Shown: positions 39,213-51,852 of the stretch, in pieces
How the letters are laid out: every line of letters begins with the position of its first letter
How positions within the stretch are numbered: position 1 is the first letter of the stretch
DNA from: Myxococcota bacterium
GTDB lineage: Bacteria > Myxococcota_A > UBA9160 > UBA6930
NCBI GenBank assembly: GCA_965223705.1
Contig: OZ245015.1
Coordinates: forward strand, 1,056,001 to 1,120,000
Direction: 5' to 3'
DNA length: 64,000 nt
Made by a program: the position numbers and the translations under genes
The notes under the pieces: generated by a model
The model's database searches: none
Told to the model about the DNA's origin: nothing
The model's input: only the letters and a program-made list of their open reading frames with translations

Positions 39213-41020
39213 GTGGAACGCGCGGACGCACAACTGGATTCAATGGGCAGCCTTCGGCGCAGCCACGGCTGCGGTGAGCTTTCCGCAGACCACGTCGGAA
39301 ACGAAGTGGTCCTCGCCGGTTGGATCCAGCGGCGTCGCGATCACGGCGGCGTCATTTTCGTCGATCTCCGCGATCGCACCGGGCTCGTTCAGGTGGTGTT
39401 CCGGCCCGACGCCGCCAGTGAAGCCCACGATCGCGCGGGCGAGCTCCGATCCGAATACGTCATCGCCATTCGCGGCGTGGTGCAGCCGCGCAGTGAAGAC
39501 ACGATCAATCGCGACATGCCCACCGGCGAAATCGAGATCGTGTCTGCGGAACTGCGGCTTTTGAACACCGCGACACCACCGCCTTTCGCAATCGAAGACG
39601 ATCCCGGAGTCGACGAAGCGGTGCGGTTGCGACACCGCATCCACGACCTGCGCCGAGCGCCGCTTCAGAGGACGCTCAGGCTGCGCGACCGATTGTCGCG
39701 AGCGGTCCGCGCCTCGCTCGCCGATCACGGCTTCACCGAGATCGAGACCCCGATTCTGTCGAAATCGACACCGGAGGGCGCGCGAGATTTCCTGGTACCA
39801 GCGCGACTTCAGCCCGGCGAGTTCTACGCGCTGCCGCAATCCCCGCAGCTGATGAAGCAACTCCTCATGGTGGCTGGCTTCGAGCGCTACTTCCAGATCG
39901 CGCGCTGTTTCCGCGATGAAGACCAACGCGCCGATCGCCAGCTCGAGTTCACCCAGGTCGATCTCGAGATGTCCTTTGTCGGCGTGGAAGACGTTCTTGT
40001 GGTGTTGGAAGACGTCACACGACGAGGCTGTGCGGAAGCGGCGGGCGTCGAGCTCCCGTCACCGTTTCCGCGGCTTTCCTACGCCGACGCCATGGCCCGA
40101 TACGGCAGCGACCGTCCGGACACGAGAATCACGCTCGAGCTTGTCGATCTGACGGAGACGTTCCGCACCAGCGAGTTCCAGGCCTTCCGCCGCGTAGTCG
40201 AAGGCGGCGGCATCGTGAAGTGCCTCCCCATCGCTTCCGCCGACGACTTGTCTCGCGGCGACATCGATCGGCTCGAGTCATTCGCAAAGAAGGAACTCGG
40301 AGCGAAGGGCTTGGGTTGGATCCGCGTCGGCGGAGACGGCGGTTGGCAGAGCCCGATCGTGAAGTTCTTGGGCGACGCGGAACGAGAGGCCATCGCGGCG
40401 GCCACCCACGCGAAACCGGGGAGCCTCCTGCTTTTTCAGGCGGACACGGCCGCCCGCGCGAACGCCACGCTCGCCCGGTTGCGCAGCGATCTCGGGACGC
40501 GCCTCGGTCGGGTCGACGGACGCGCCTGGGACGCGTTGTTCGTCGTCGATTTCCCGCTATTCGAACACGACGACAAGGGCGAGCTCACGTACATGCACAT
40601 GCCCTTCGTCGCTCCGATGGACGAAGACATTCCACTCCTGGCGACCGACCCTGCGCGGGTGCGCGCGACCCACTACGACGTCGTGCTCAATGGAAACGAA
40701 CTGGGCTCCGGAAGCCTGCGGAATCACCGCGCCGATGTGCAGCGGCAAATCCTCGGCATCCTCGGTTACGGCGAAGCCGAAATGGAGGAGCGCTTCGGGT
40801 TCTTGCTGCGCGCCCTCGAAGCGGGTGCGCCGCCCCACGGTGGCTTCGCCTTCGGCTTCGATCGCTTTGCGATGGTGTTGGCCGGAACCGACAACCTGCG
40901 CGATGTCATTGCGTTCCCGAAGACGCAGCGCGGCCAAGACCTGTTGCTCGAGGCGCCGTCCGCTGTGGGTGCAGCGCAACTCGACGAGCTGTCGCTCCGA
41001 CTCGCCGCGCGCAAGCGTTC

Positions 41021-41024
<4 letters not shown>
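39213..41024 (+). CDS. aspS: Aspartate--tRNA ligase (His in RRDHGG suggests the non-discriminating type)
   Basis: RRDHGG.IF.DLRD, STPEGARDFL, ALPQSPQ, CFRDED, PPHGG. Confidence 0.96.
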
Positions 41025-42360
<1,336 letters not shown>

Positions 42361-42382
42361 GCCCGGAAACGGGGAGGGCAGG

Positions 42383-43552
42383 ATGAACGTCCACGAATAC
42401 CAGGCGAAGGCACTGATGCGCGAGTACGGTGTCTCCGTTCCCGAAGGCAAGCTGGCGACGACGCCGGCCGAAGCCGAAGCCGCGGCGAAGGCGCTCGGCA
42501 GTCCCGTGGTTGTGGTGAAGGCGCAGGTGCACGCGGGCGGCCGAGGCAAGGGCGGGGGCATCAAGCTCGCGAAGAGCCCGGCAGAAGCGAAAGCCCACGC
42601 GGAAGACATCATCGGCATGACCTTGGTGACCCACCAGACAGGGCCCGAAGGCAAGCTCGTTCGCAAGGTCTACGTGGAAGCCGGCTCCGACATCGACCGC
42701 GAGTTGTACCTGGCGATCACCCTCGACCGCGCCACCGAAAACTTCGCGATCGTCGCATCGACCGAAGGTGGAATGGATATCGAGGAAGTCGCGGAACGGA
42801 CGCCCGAGAAAATTTCGACGACCTTCGTCGATCCGAATATCGGGCTCATGCCCTATCAGATCCGCGACATCGGCTTCGGCCTCGGGCTCGACGCGGCCCA
42901 GGTGAAGTCGCTCGACGGGTTTCTCCAGGGACTGTTCCGCCTGTTCCTCGAAAAGGATGGGTCGCTCGCGGAAATCAATCCCCTGGTCGTAACCAAGCAG
43001 GGCGAGCTCTTCGCGCTCGACGGCAAACTCAACTTCGACGACAACGCGCTGTTTCGGCACCCCGACATCGCCGCGTTGCGCGATCCCGACGAAGAAGATC
43101 CGCGGGAACGAGCCGCCCACGAGATCGATCTCGCCTATGTCGGCCTCGACGGCGATATCGGTTGCATGGTGAACGGCGCCGGGCTCGCCATGGCGACGCT
43201 CGACATGATCCAGGTGTGCGGGGGGGCTCCGGCGAATTTTCTCGATGCCGGTGGCACCGCAGACAAAGAGAAAGTGAAGGAAGCGTTCAAGCTCATCCTG
43301 CGCGACGAGAACGTCCGCGCCATCCTGGTCAACATCTTCGGGGGAATCGTTCGCTGCGACATGATCGCCGAGGGCGTGATCGCCGCCGCGCGCGACATGG
43401 GGCTCGAGTTGCCGCTCGTCGTCCGCCTGCAGGGCACCAACGCCGCCGAAGGGCGAGCGCTCCTCTCCGAGTCAGGACTCAACATCACACCGGCCGAAAC
43501 CCTGCGCGAAGCCGGCGAGCGCGCTGTGGCTGCGGCGCGAGGAGCCGCTTAG
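42383..43552 (+). CDS. sucC: Succinyl-CoA synthetase beta subunit
   Basis: MNVHEYQAK, KAQVHAGGRGKGGG, NGAGLAMAT, NIFGGIVRCD. Confidence 0.97.
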   Translation: MNVHEYQAKALMREYGVSVPEGKLATTPAEAEAAAKALGSPVVVVKAQVHAGGRGKGGGIKLAKSPAEAKAHAEDIIGMTLVTHQTGPEGKLVRKVYVEAGSDIDRELYLAITLDRATENFAIVASTEGGMDIEEVAERTPEKISTTFVDPNIGLMPYQIRDIGFGLGLDAAQVKSLDGFLQGLFRLFLEKDGSLAEINPLVVTKQGELFALDGKLNFDDNALFRHPDIAALRDPDEEDPRERAAHEIDLAYVGLDGDIGCMVNGAGLAMATLDMIQVCGGAPANFLDAGGTADKEKVKEAFKLILRDENVRAILVNIFGGIVRCDMIAEGVIAAARDMGLELPLVVRLQGTNAAEGRALLSESGLNITPAETLREAGERAVAAARGAA

Positions 43553-44428
43553 ATGGCGATCCTGTGCGACAAGAACACCAAGCTCCTGGTCCAGGGTATG
43601 GGCCGGATGGGTCAGTTCCACGCGAAGCTGTCGATCGAGTACGGCACGGCCGTGGTCGGGGGCGTCCATCCCGGCAAGGGCGGCCAAACCATCGACGGCA
43701 TTCCGGTGTTCGACACCGCCGCCGAAGCGGTCGAAAAAACCGGAGCGAACGCCTCGGTCATCTTTGTGCCGCCCCCCGGCGCTGCCGACGCGATTCTCGA
43801 GGCGGCGAACGCGGGCTTGTCGATGACCGCATGTATCACCGAGGGGATTCCCGCGGTCGACATGGCTCGTGCCAAGCGCGCGCTCGCCGGATCCTCCACG
43901 CGCCTCATCGGGCCGAATTGCCCCGGTGTCGTGACACCCGAGCAATGCCGCATCGGCATCATGCCGGCGCAGATCACGCGCCCCGGGCCGGTCGGAGTGA
44001 TCTCGCGATCCGGCACGTTGACCTACGAAGCCGTGGACCAGCTGTCGCGCCTGGGCATCGGCCAATCGACGTGCATCGGAATCGGCGGTGACCCGGTCAT
44101 CGGCACCACCTTCGTCGACGCGCTCGCTCTGTTCGAAGCGGATCCCGAAACCCGAGCCGTCGTGATGATCGGCGAGATCGGGGGCTCTGCGGAAGAAACC
44201 GCCGCCCAGTTCGTGAAAGAGAACATGAGCAAGCCCGTCGCAGCCTTTATCGCGGGGCAAAACGCGCCGCCCGGGAAGCGCATGGGGCACGCCGGGGCGA
44301 TCATCGCGGGCGGCAAAGGGAAGGCCGCCGATAAAATGGCCGCCCTCGAAGCGGCCGGCGTCGCTGTGTCGGAATCGCCCGCCGAGATCGGCGAAACACT
44401 CGCAAAGCACGCGTCTTCCGTGCTTTGA
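43553..44428 (+). CDS. sucD: Succinyl-CoA synthetase alpha subunit
   Basis: [28 protein letters not shown]. Confidence 0.97.
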   Translation: MAILCDKNTKLLVQGMGRMGQFHAKLSIEYGTAVVGGVHPGKGGQTIDGIPVFDTAAEAVEKTGANASVIFVPPPGAADAILEAANAGLSMTACITEGIPAVDMARAKRALAGSSTRLIGPNCPGVVTPEQCRIGIMPAQITRPGPVGVISRSGTLTYEAVDQLSRLGIGQSTCIGIGGDPVIGTTFVDALALFEADPETRAVVMIGEIGGSAEETAAQFVKENMSKPVAAFIAGQNAPPGKRMGHAGAIIAGGKGKAADKMAALEAAGVAVSESPAEIGETLAKHASSVL

Positions 44429-44546
44429 AGTCCGACTGTAGGCATTTTCCCCACGGCTAAAAACGCTGTTGGGGCGAGTACTTCGCGGACTCGACTGCGG
44501 GTCTGTGTGGCTCAAGTTGCGGGGTCCTGCGGTCGATAGAGACCGC

Positions 44547-45446
44547 GTGTTCCTAGCCGAGCAAGACAAGCCCACCCTCATCGAGGACCAGCTGTACCGC
44601 TTGCGGCTGTCCCTCAATACGCCGGTCGTTGAAACAGAGGACCTGCCCGAAGGGCCGGCGCGCGCCGCTCTGCTGGTGCATTTCGACCCCGCGGTCGAGG
44701 GCGTGACGACCACGGTGGGCATCCGCTCACTCAAGGACGGCACCGTCGTCTACTACCGGTACCAAGCGGAGATCTCGGACAACCAACCGTTCGAGGCCGC
44801 ACTCGACGCCGGTCTGGCCTTTACGGAGCCGATGGGCTTCCTCTTCGACGAGGAAGAGATCGAGGAAGTCGTCCCCGCAGACCAGGCGCGAGCCCTACAG
44901 CTCTTCTGGGAGATGATGGGCGCCCTCGAAACCGACGGCCGAGACGGACTGGAAGAACCGACGGCGGAGATCGCGCTCGGCGAAGCCGTGGTCGATCTTC
45001 AAGAGCCGGCCGCCGCTCCGGAAGGTTCCGTCGACACCCGTGCCAGCGACGAGACCCAGACGCTGAACGACGAGACCTGGGAGTTGCCGAAGCTCCCGCT
45101 CGGCGACTCCTGGGAGCTGCCGGAATCGCCTCCCGACGAGGAGGCCGAGCCCGCAGTGGTCTTCCCCGCGCCCGCACCCGCCGCCGAGCCGGAGCCGCCC
45201 GTCCAGGCGCTCACGAAGTTTCGGATGGAGCCCGTCGCGGAAGTCTCCGAGGAGGTCCCCAAGGAACCGAAGGAAGTCGCCGAGGAGATCCCCGACGAAC
45301 CGAAGTTTGGCCGCCGCGCCGACGACCCGAAGACGAACCCAACCGCTCTGGGTCAGCTCCGCCTGGTCAAGCGTCGCGCGAATCTCCCGAAAGAAGCCCC
45401 CCAAGAACCGGTCAACCCGCTGGAACGCCTGCTGGGGTCGTTCTAG
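44547..45446 (+). CDS. Conserved protein upstream of tgl (resembles the myxobacterial tgl-linked ORF)
   Basis: SLNTP.V...GPA.A, F.EPMGFLFD, acidic Pro-rich linker, terminal LERLLGSF; start placed at GTG 44547. Confidence 0.6.
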   Translation: MFLAEQDKPTLIEDQLYRLRLSLNTPVVETEDLPEGPARAALLVHFDPAVEGVTTTVGIRSLKDGTVVYYRYQAEISDNQPFEAALDAGLAFTEPMGFLFDEEEIEEVVPADQARALQLFWEMMGALETDGRDGLEEPTAEIALGEAVVDLQEPAAAPEGSVDTRASDETQTLNDETWELPKLPLGDSWELPESPPDEEAEPAVVFPAPAPAAEPEPPVQALTKFRMEPVAEVSEEVPKEPKEVAEEIPDEPKFGRRADDPKTNPTALGQLRLVKRRANLPKEAPQEPVNPLERLLGSF

Positions 45447-45460
45447 CGGGCGAGGAGGCC

Positions 45461-46270
45461 TTGATGAGAAAAGACAACGTCTTGCGATCGCGGTGGCGCG
45501 GGGTCCTTTTGGGGCTGTCGCTCGCCGCGCTCGCACTCGCCGGTTGCGCGAGCAACGGAAACAACACACCGAAGCCCGCCACCGAGGAAGAACGTCGCGC
45601 GCGCTCGCACTACGGATTGGGCATCGATCACATGCGCGAAGGCCGCATCGCACTGGCTTTGCGCGAGCTCCAAGCGGCCAACAAGCTGAATCCCGGGGAT
45701 AAGTGGATCCTCCTGTCGCTCTCCGAGGCGTACCGGCTCCGGGGGCGGGAGCAGGAGGCGCTCGATCACCTCCTCGAGGCCGTCGCCGTCGACGAGGAGT
45801 TTCACGCGGCGCGGCTCAACCTGTCCGCGCATTACGTGCACCTCGAGCGCTACGAAGACGCGATTCGGCACGCGGACATCCTGATGGACGATCCGACCTT
45901 CCCGGTTCCGTGGAAAGCCTTAGCGAACCGCGGCTGGGCTCAGTACAAGCTCGGCCAACTCGCCGAGGCTCGCGAAAGTCTCACCATGGCCCTCGAGTAC
46001 AATGAGAGCTATGTCCCCGCCATGTTGTCGCTGGCGGTGATCGACGCAGAGCAGGGATACCACCTCGAGGCGCTCAACCACTTGGAGAGCGTGATCGAGA
46101 CGGCGCCCAATCCCATCGCGACGGCCGAAGCCAACTACCGGATTGCCCAAGTGTACGTTTCGCTCGGCAATCGGAAGAAGGCCGTGCATCACCTGATCGC
46201 CGCCACCGAGCAAAAGCCGAGCGGGAAATGGGGGGAGCGATCGGAGGATTACCTGAGACGCCTGCGCTGA
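45461..46270 (+). CDS. tgl: Type IV pilus pilotin-like TPR lipoprotein (Tgl/PilF/PilW)
   Basis: Lipobox LAGC, TPRs, DPTFPVPWKALANRG motif; position before a rodZ-like gene and recO. Confidence 0.75.
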   Translation: MMRKDNVLRSRWRGVLLGLSLAALALAGCASNGNNTPKPATEEERRARSHYGLGIDHMREGRIALALRELQAANKLNPGDKWILLSLSEAYRLRGREQEALDHLLEAVAVDEEFHAARLNLSAHYVHLERYEDAIRHADILMDDPTFPVPWKALANRGWAQYKLGQLAEARESLTMALEYNESYVPAMLSLAVIDAEQGYHLEALNHLESVIETAPNPIATAEANYRIAQVYVSLGNRKKAVHHLIAATEQKPSGKWGERSEDYLRRLR

Positions 46271-46953
46271 GCGACGCTTCCGGGCCGAAGAAGCCCGGTG
46301 CGAAGTCCGGCGAAGGTGGATCGATCGGCGCGTACCTGAAGCGCCAGCGCAAGCTGCGCGGGTTGTCCCTCGCGGACCTCGAGTCGGCGACGCGGGTCCC
46401 CAAGCGGTCCCTCGAACGGCTCGAGGCCGGTGCCTACGACGGCATCCCGGACGGTTTCGCACGCGGATTCGTCCGGACGGTCGCCGGCGCGATCGGTCTC
46501 GACCCCGAAGAAACCGTCGCTCGCATGCTGGCCGAGCCCGAGTGGGTCGGCGACGGTCGAAGGCCCGCGTGGATGACGACTCTCTGGGTCGCCAGTGGGG
46601 CGCTCGTCGTCGTGTCTCTCGTCTTGGTGATGGTCGGCGGTGTCCGAGCCACGAAAAGCGCGGCACCGGTTCCCGGCGACGCCCCGGTCCTACGCCGGTT
46701 CGATGCGGTTCGGGCGCTGGCCGCGGAGCTGGGTATCGAGCCGAGGACGAACGGAGCGGCGCTCGAGCAGGGCTTGGCGCACGAAGCGCCAGCGCTCGCC
46801 GATGACCCCAAAGAGGTGCGCGGAGCGGTATCGACCCAACCGGGTCTCGAGCTTCCGCCCCTACCTCCGCGGGCCGGTGCGCGCTCGCAAGAAGTCGCGG
46901 AGCCCGCGCCGGAAGGACCGCACCCCGCTGAAATGCCCGCAGCGGCCAACTGA
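46228..46953 (+). CDS. RodZ-like HTH membrane protein (start uncertain, possibly near 46267)
   Basis: SIGAYLKRQR..RGLSL..L...TR......RLE.G, FARGFVR..A..IGLD, one TM helix. Confidence 0.75.
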   Translation: MGGAIGGLPETPALSDASGPKKPGAKSGEGGSIGAYLKRQRKLRGLSLADLESATRVPKRSLERLEAGAYDGIPDGFARGFVRTVAGAIGLDPEETVARMLAEPEWVGDGRRPAWMTTLWVASGALVVVSLVLVMVGGVRATKSAAPVPGDAPVLRRFDAVRALAAELGIEPRTNGAALEQGLAHEAPALADDPKEVRGAVSTQPGLELPPLPPRAGARSQEVAEPAPEGPHPAEMPAAAN

Positions 46954-46962
46954 CGCCCCGCG

Positions 46963-47712
46963 ATGGGCGACGCGCTGGTACTTCGCTTCGTCGATTTCGG
47001 TGAGTCGGACCGGATCGTTCACCTGCTGACGCCGGATCGCGGGCGCGTCGCGGTGATGGCGAAAGGGGCACGACGCAGCAAGAAGCGCTTCCCGGGAACG
47101 CTCGACCTCTTCAACCACTTGGACGTCCATATCAATCCGCGGCGCACGCGGGGGCTCGCACTTCTCGACTCCGCTCGACTGGTCCGCGCTTTCCAGGGCC
47201 CGCGAACCGACGCCGACCGCTTCGCCCTGGGCTGCTACGTCCTCGAACTCCTCGATCGCGCGGCGCCAGAGGGAGGACGTCGCCGAGATTTGGCGCGTTT
47301 GTTCGATTTCGCCCTGGGCGCGCTGATCCACCTGGAAGAAGAGCCCGCCAGTCGGCGGCTCCGGGTCATCTTCGAGCTGCGCGCGCTCGACGCGCTCGGG
47401 TTTCGGCCCGAGCTCGCGCACTGCGTTCGCTGCGGCGCCGAGATCACCGCCTCGAGTTCCCCGCGTTTCCATGTCGGCGAAGGCGGAGCCATTTGCAGCG
47501 ATTGCCACCAAGCGACGGACGCCTCGTTTCCCATCGGGTTCGGGACGCTCCGAAGCCTTTCCCGGGTGCTCGAGAAACCGCTGCCCGAGCTCAGGAACTT
47601 CGGCCTGCGGGGAGAGCTCCTCGAAGAAGCCCACCGCGCGGTCCGCCACTTTCATCGGTTCCATCTGGGGTTCGAGCTTCGCAGTGAGCGGTTCGTGGAT
47701 CGGCTCGCGTAG
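46963..47712 (+). CDS. recO: DNA repair protein RecO
   Basis: ALVLR..DFGESDRIV.LLT...G.V...AKGARRSKKRF; Zn motifs CVRC/CSDC. Confidence 0.93.
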   Translation: MGDALVLRFVDFGESDRIVHLLTPDRGRVAVMAKGARRSKKRFPGTLDLFNHLDVHINPRRTRGLALLDSARLVRAFQGPRTDADRFALGCYVLELLDRAAPEGGRRRDLARLFDFALGALIHLEEEPASRRLRVIFELRALDALGFRPELAHCVRCGAEITASSSPRFHVGEGGAICSDCHQATDASFPIGFGTLRSLSRVLEKPLPELRNFGLRGELLEEAHRAVRHFHRFHLGFELRSERFVDRLA

Positions 47713-47777
47713 CGCCGCGCGCGGTTTGACACGCTTCGCGGCCACAGAGAAACTCCGCCTCCTACGAGGGAGGACCC

Positions 47778-49118
47778 ATGGCCGGGCCGGAAGAAGCGCA
47801 AACGCTCCGTATGGAAGACCTGGTTTCGCTCTGCGCGAGACGCGGCTTCATCTTTCAGTCGAGCGAGATCTACGGCGGTATCAACGGCTTTTGGGACTAC
47901 GGGCCCCTGGGCGTCGAACTCAAAAACAACCTGAAGACCTTCTGGTGGCAGCGCATCGTCCGGGAACGCGACGATGTCGAAGGGCTCGACAGCTCGATCA
48001 TCGCGCATCCGCGCACCTGGGAAGCGTCGGGCCACGTCGAACACTTCAGCGATCCGATGGTGGATTGCCGCACGTGCAACCGGCGTTTTCGCGCCGATCA
48101 ACTCGACGGCCCCTGCCCGGAAGCTCCGAAGAAGCGCGAGCTCCGCGATTGTGATTTGACCGATCCCCGTAACTTCAACTTGATGTTGCGTACACACATC
48201 GGGGCATCCGAAGACGCCGCCTCCGTGGCGTACCTCCGCGCCGAGACCTGCCAATCGATTTTCAACGACTTTCGTCGCGTGCGCGAATCCGCGCGTCAGA
48301 AGATCCCGTTCGGGATCGCGCAGATCGGCAAGGCCTTCCGCAACGAGATCAATCCCCGGAACTTCACGTTTCGTTCTCGCGAATTCGAGCAGGCCGAGCT
48401 CGAGTTCTTCATCCGCATCGAAGAGCGCGAAAAATGGTTCGACTACTGGCTGGCCGAGCGACGCGAGTTCCACCGAGCGCTGGGTTTTGCGGACGAGCGC
48501 ATTCGGATACGTCCGCACGAAAGCGATGAGCTCGCGCACTATGCCAAGGCCGCTGCGGACGTCGAGTTTCTCTTCCCCTTTGGCTGGCAAGAGATCGAGG
48601 GCGTCCACGATCGGGGTGCATGGGACTTGACGCGTCACACGGAGTTCTCCGGAAAGGACCTCGCGGTGACCGACGAAGAGACGAAAGATCGCTTCACCCC
48701 CGCCGTCATCGAAACGTCGATCGGGGTCGACCGCACGACGCTCGCACTGCTCGCGAACGGGTATCGCGAAGAGACCCTCGAAGGAGGCGAAACCCGCAAC
48801 GTGCTGCGCCTCCTGCCGCGCTTGGCGCCCTACACCGCTGCCGTGCTTCCGCTCTCGAAGAAGATCGGAGAGCCCGCCGAGCGAATCGCGAAAGATCTGC
48901 GCCGCCGGTGGAACGTGTTCTACGACGTGTCGGGCAATATCGGACGGCGCTACCGGCGCCAGGATGAGGTCGGAACGCCGTTTTGCATCACGTATGACTT
49001 CGATTCAGAGGAAGACGGGAAGGTGACGGTGCGCGACCGCGACACGATGTCGCAAGAGCGCGTGGCGTTCGACGCGCTTCCCCGGGTGATCGAGGAGCGC
49101 TTGGACGCCGACGCGTGA
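47778..49118 (+). CDS. glyQS: Glycine--tRNA ligase, homodimeric (alpha2) type
   Basis: SEIYGG..GFWDYGPLG, ASGHV..F.DP, YLRAETCQ, GKAFRNEI, IGRRYRRQDEVGTPF. Confidence 0.95.
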   Translation: MAGPEEAQTLRMEDLVSLCARRGFIFQSSEIYGGINGFWDYGPLGVELKNNLKTFWWQRIVRERDDVEGLDSSIIAHPRTWEASGHVEHFSDPMVDCRTCNRRFRADQLDGPCPEAPKKRELRDCDLTDPRNFNLMLRTHIGASEDAASVAYLRAETCQSIFNDFRRVRESARQKIPFGIAQIGKAFRNEINPRNFTFRSREFEQAELEFFIRIEEREKWFDYWLAERREFHRALGFADERIRIRPHESDELAHYAKAAADVEFLFPFGWQEIEGVHDRGAWDLTRHTEFSGKDLAVTDEETKDRFTPAVIETSIGVDRTTLALLANGYREETLEGGETRNVLRLLPRLAPYTAAVLPLSKKIGEPAERIAKDLRRRWNVFYDVSGNIGRRYRRQDEVGTPFCITYDFDSEEDGKVTVRDRDTMSQERVAFDALPRVIEERLDADA

Positions 49119-51817
49119 CCGCCCGGAAGGGGAAGAAGCGCGCCCCTGCGCGTCGGGTGTATTTCTTCGGCGACGGACGCGCCGATGCGCGCGCGTCGAT
49201 GCGGGATCGCATCGGTGGCAAAGGTGCGAATCTCGCAGAAATGGTCCGTTTGGGTATTCCGGTCCCGCCGGGGTTCACCATTTCGACCGACGTCTGTATC
49301 GCGTTCCGCAAGGCGAAAAACCGGCTGTCACGCCCCGTGCGGGAAGAGATCCGCAAGAACCTCCGCCGCGTCGAAAAGGTGATGAACGCGGGTTTCGGGG
49401 ATCCCGATCGCCCTCTGCTCGTCTCGGTGCGTTCCGGAGCCCGCGTGTCCATGCCGGGGATGATGGACACCGTCTTGAACCTCGGATTGAACGATCACAC
49501 CGTCCGCGGCCTCGCGAGCGCGTCGGGTGACGAGCGCTTCGCACTCGACAGCTATCGGCGCTTCATCCAGATGTACGGCGACGTCGTGCTCGGGGTCCCG
49601 CTGCATCGGTTCGAGCACCACCTCGAACTGCTGAAGGAAGCCCGCGGTTTCGAAGAAGACACGGAGCTCGGTGCCTTCGACCTTTGGGAACTCATCGAGT
49701 GCTACAAGGCCGAGCTCGCGGACGCGGGCGTGTCCTTTCCCCAAAAATCGGAAGACCAACTCGACGGCGCGATCGCCGCCGTCTTCCGCTCCTGGGACAA
49801 CGAGCGGGCCGTTCGCTACCGCGCGATCCACGGCTACGACGACGGGTGGGGCACGGCGGTGACGGTGCAGGCCATGGTGTTCGGCAATCGGCGGGGGGAC
49901 AGCGCGACGGGTGTCGCGTTCACGCGGAATCCGTCGACGGGGGAGAAGGTGCTCTACGGCGAGTACCTGCCGAACGCACAAGGCGAAGACGTGGTCGCCG
50001 GAGTCCGTACCCCGCTCCCGATCAACCGGGAGAGTGCGACGCGAAGCCAGCTCGACGCGAAAACACTCCGCGACGCCATGCCCGATGCGTACCGACAACT
50101 CGCGAAGGCCGCGTCTCGGCTCGAACGTCACTACCGCGACATGCAGGACATCGAGTTCACCATCGAGGAGGGCCGGCTCTGGCTGCTACAAACGCGGAGC
50201 GGAAAACGCACAGCCCAGGCGGGGCTCGAAATAGCCGTGGCGTTGACGAAGGAGCGTCGTATCACCCGGGCCGAAGCGGTCTCGCGCATCGACCCCGCTT
50301 CTCTCGAGCAACTGCTCCATCCGACCTTCGATCCCTACGGAAAGCGAACGCTGATCGCTCGCGGATTGCCCGCCTCGCCGGGTGCGGCCGTCGGCGCCAT
50401 CGCGACAGACGCGGAAACCGCCGAGTCGAAAGCGCGCGCGGGCGAGAAAGTCATCCTCGTTCGGGTCGAGACGTCTCCCGAAGACATCCACGGGATGCAC
50501 GCCGCCGAAGGCATTCTGACGGCGCGAGGGGGAATGACGTCCCACGCGGCGGTGGTCGCCCGCGGTATGGGGAAGTGCTGCGTCGCGGGGTGCGCGGAGC
50601 TGCGCGTCGATGGGCAAACGGGGACGGTTTCGATCGGCGAGCACGTGTTGCGGGCCGGCGACGTGTTGAGCCTCGACGGAGGAACCGGCGAGGTATTCCT
50701 GGGCGAGGTCGCGACCCGGCGGCCGGACCTCGGCGGTCCGTTCCTCGAACTCATGTCCTGGGCCGATCGGCTGCGCCGGATGCGCGTGCGGGCGAACGCG
50801 GACACGGCACAGGACGCGCGAACCGCGCGGGCCTTCGGCGCCGAAGGAATCGGGCTGTGCCGAACCGAGCACATGTTCTTCGAACCGGCTCGCATCGAGG
50901 CCGTTCGCCGGATGATCCTCGCCGAGACCGCGGACGAGCGGACCGCTGCGCTCGAGACCTTGCTTCCGATCCAGCAGCAAGACTTCGAAGCGATCTTCCG
51001 GGCGATGGATGGACAGCCCGTCACGGTCCGCTTGCTCGACCCGCCGCTCCACGAGTTTCTCCCCTCCCGCGAAGCGGACGTGCGCGCCGTCGCGCACGAG
51101 CTCGGGCTCCCGACGACCGCGCTTCGCGCCAAGCTCGAAGCGCTTCACGAATGGAACCCGATGCTCGGCCACCGGGGCTGCCGGCTCGGTCTCAGCTATC
51201 CCGAGATCTACCGCATGCAGGCGCGCGCCATCGCCTGCGCCGCGGCGTCACAGGCAGAGCAGGGGCGGCGGGTGCTCGCGGAGATCATGATTCCGCTGGT
51301 CGCTCACGTCGAAGAGCTGCGCCGGGTGCGCGAACTCGTGGCTTCCGAAGTTGCGGGAGCCCTGCAGGGTCGCCGCGCGCGTTTGAAGATCCCGATCGGC
51401 ACGATGATCGAGGTGCCGCGGGCAGCGCTGACCGCGCACGAGATCGCCGAGGTCGCGGACTTCTTTTCCTTCGGGACGAACGATCTCACCCAAACGGGAT
51501 TCGCTCTGTCGCGAGACGACGCCGGACGGTTCCTGCCCCTCTACGTCGAAGACGGCATCTTGCCCGACGATCCCTTCGTTTCGATCGATCGAAACGGGAT
51601 CGGGGAGCTCGTCGCCCAGGGCGTCGCCGGCGGGCGCCGGACACGCCCCAAACTCAAGGTCGGAGTGTGCGGAGAGCACGGCGGGGATCCCAAAAGCATC
51701 GCATTCTTCAATTCCCTGGGGATGGACTACGTTTCCTGCTCGCCGTTTCGCGTTCCAATTGCAAGACTCGCAGCCGCGCAAGCGGCGATCGCCTTGCGGG
51801 ACGCCGGCAAGAAGTAG
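49115..51817 (+). CDS. ppdK: Pyruvate, phosphate dikinase
   Basis: GGKGANLAEM, SVRSGA..SMPGMMDT, GGMTSHAAVVAR, GLCRTEHMF, CGEHGGDP. Confidence 0.97.
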   Translation: MTARKGKKRAPARRVYFFGDGRADARASMRDRIGGKGANLAEMVRLGIPVPPGFTISTDVCIAFRKAKNRLSRPVREEIRKNLRRVEKVMNAGFGDPDRPLLVSVRSGARVSMPGMMDTVLNLGLNDHTVRGLASASGDERFALDSYRRFIQMYGDVVLGVPLHRFEHHLELLKEARGFEEDTELGAFDLWELIECYKAELADAGVSFPQKSEDQLDGAIAAVFRSWDNERAVRYRAIHGYDDGWGTAVTVQAMVFGNRRGDSATGVAFTRNPSTGEKVLYGEYLPNAQGEDVVAGVRTPLPINRESATRSQLDAKTLRDAMPDAYRQLAKAASRLERHYRDMQDIEFTIEEGRLWLLQTRSGKRTAQAGLEIAVALTKERRITRAEAVSRIDPASLEQLLHPTFDPYGKRTLIARGLPASPGAAVGAIATDAETAESKARAGEKVILVRVETSPEDIHGMHAAEGILTARGGMTSHAAVVARGMGKCCVAGCAELRVDGQTGTVSIGEHVLRAGDVLSLDGGTGEVFLGEVATRRPDLGGPFLELMSWADRLRRMRVRANADTAQDARTARAFGAEGIGLCRTEHMFFEPARIEAVRRMILAETADERTAALETLLPIQQQDFEAIFRAMDGQPVTVRLLDPPLHEFLPSREADVRAVAHELGLPTTALRAKLEALHEWNPMLGHRGCRLGLSYPEIYRMQARAIACAAASQAEQGRRVLAEIMIPLVAHVEELRRVRELVASEVAGALQGRRARLKIPIGTMIEVPRAALTAHEIAEVADFFSFGTNDLTQTGFALSRDDAGRFLPLYVEDGILPDDPFVSIDRNGIGELVAQGVAGGRRTRPKLKVGVCGEHGGDPKSIAFFNSLGMDYVSCSPFRVPIARLAAAQAAIALRDAGKK

Positions 51818-51852
51818 GCGCCCGCAGGGCTTCAGCACCGGGAGGAAAACTG

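Noticed and set aside
47726..47754. Sigma70 promoter for glyQS
   Set aside because: Perfect TTGACA but a poor -10 (GAAACT); insufficient support
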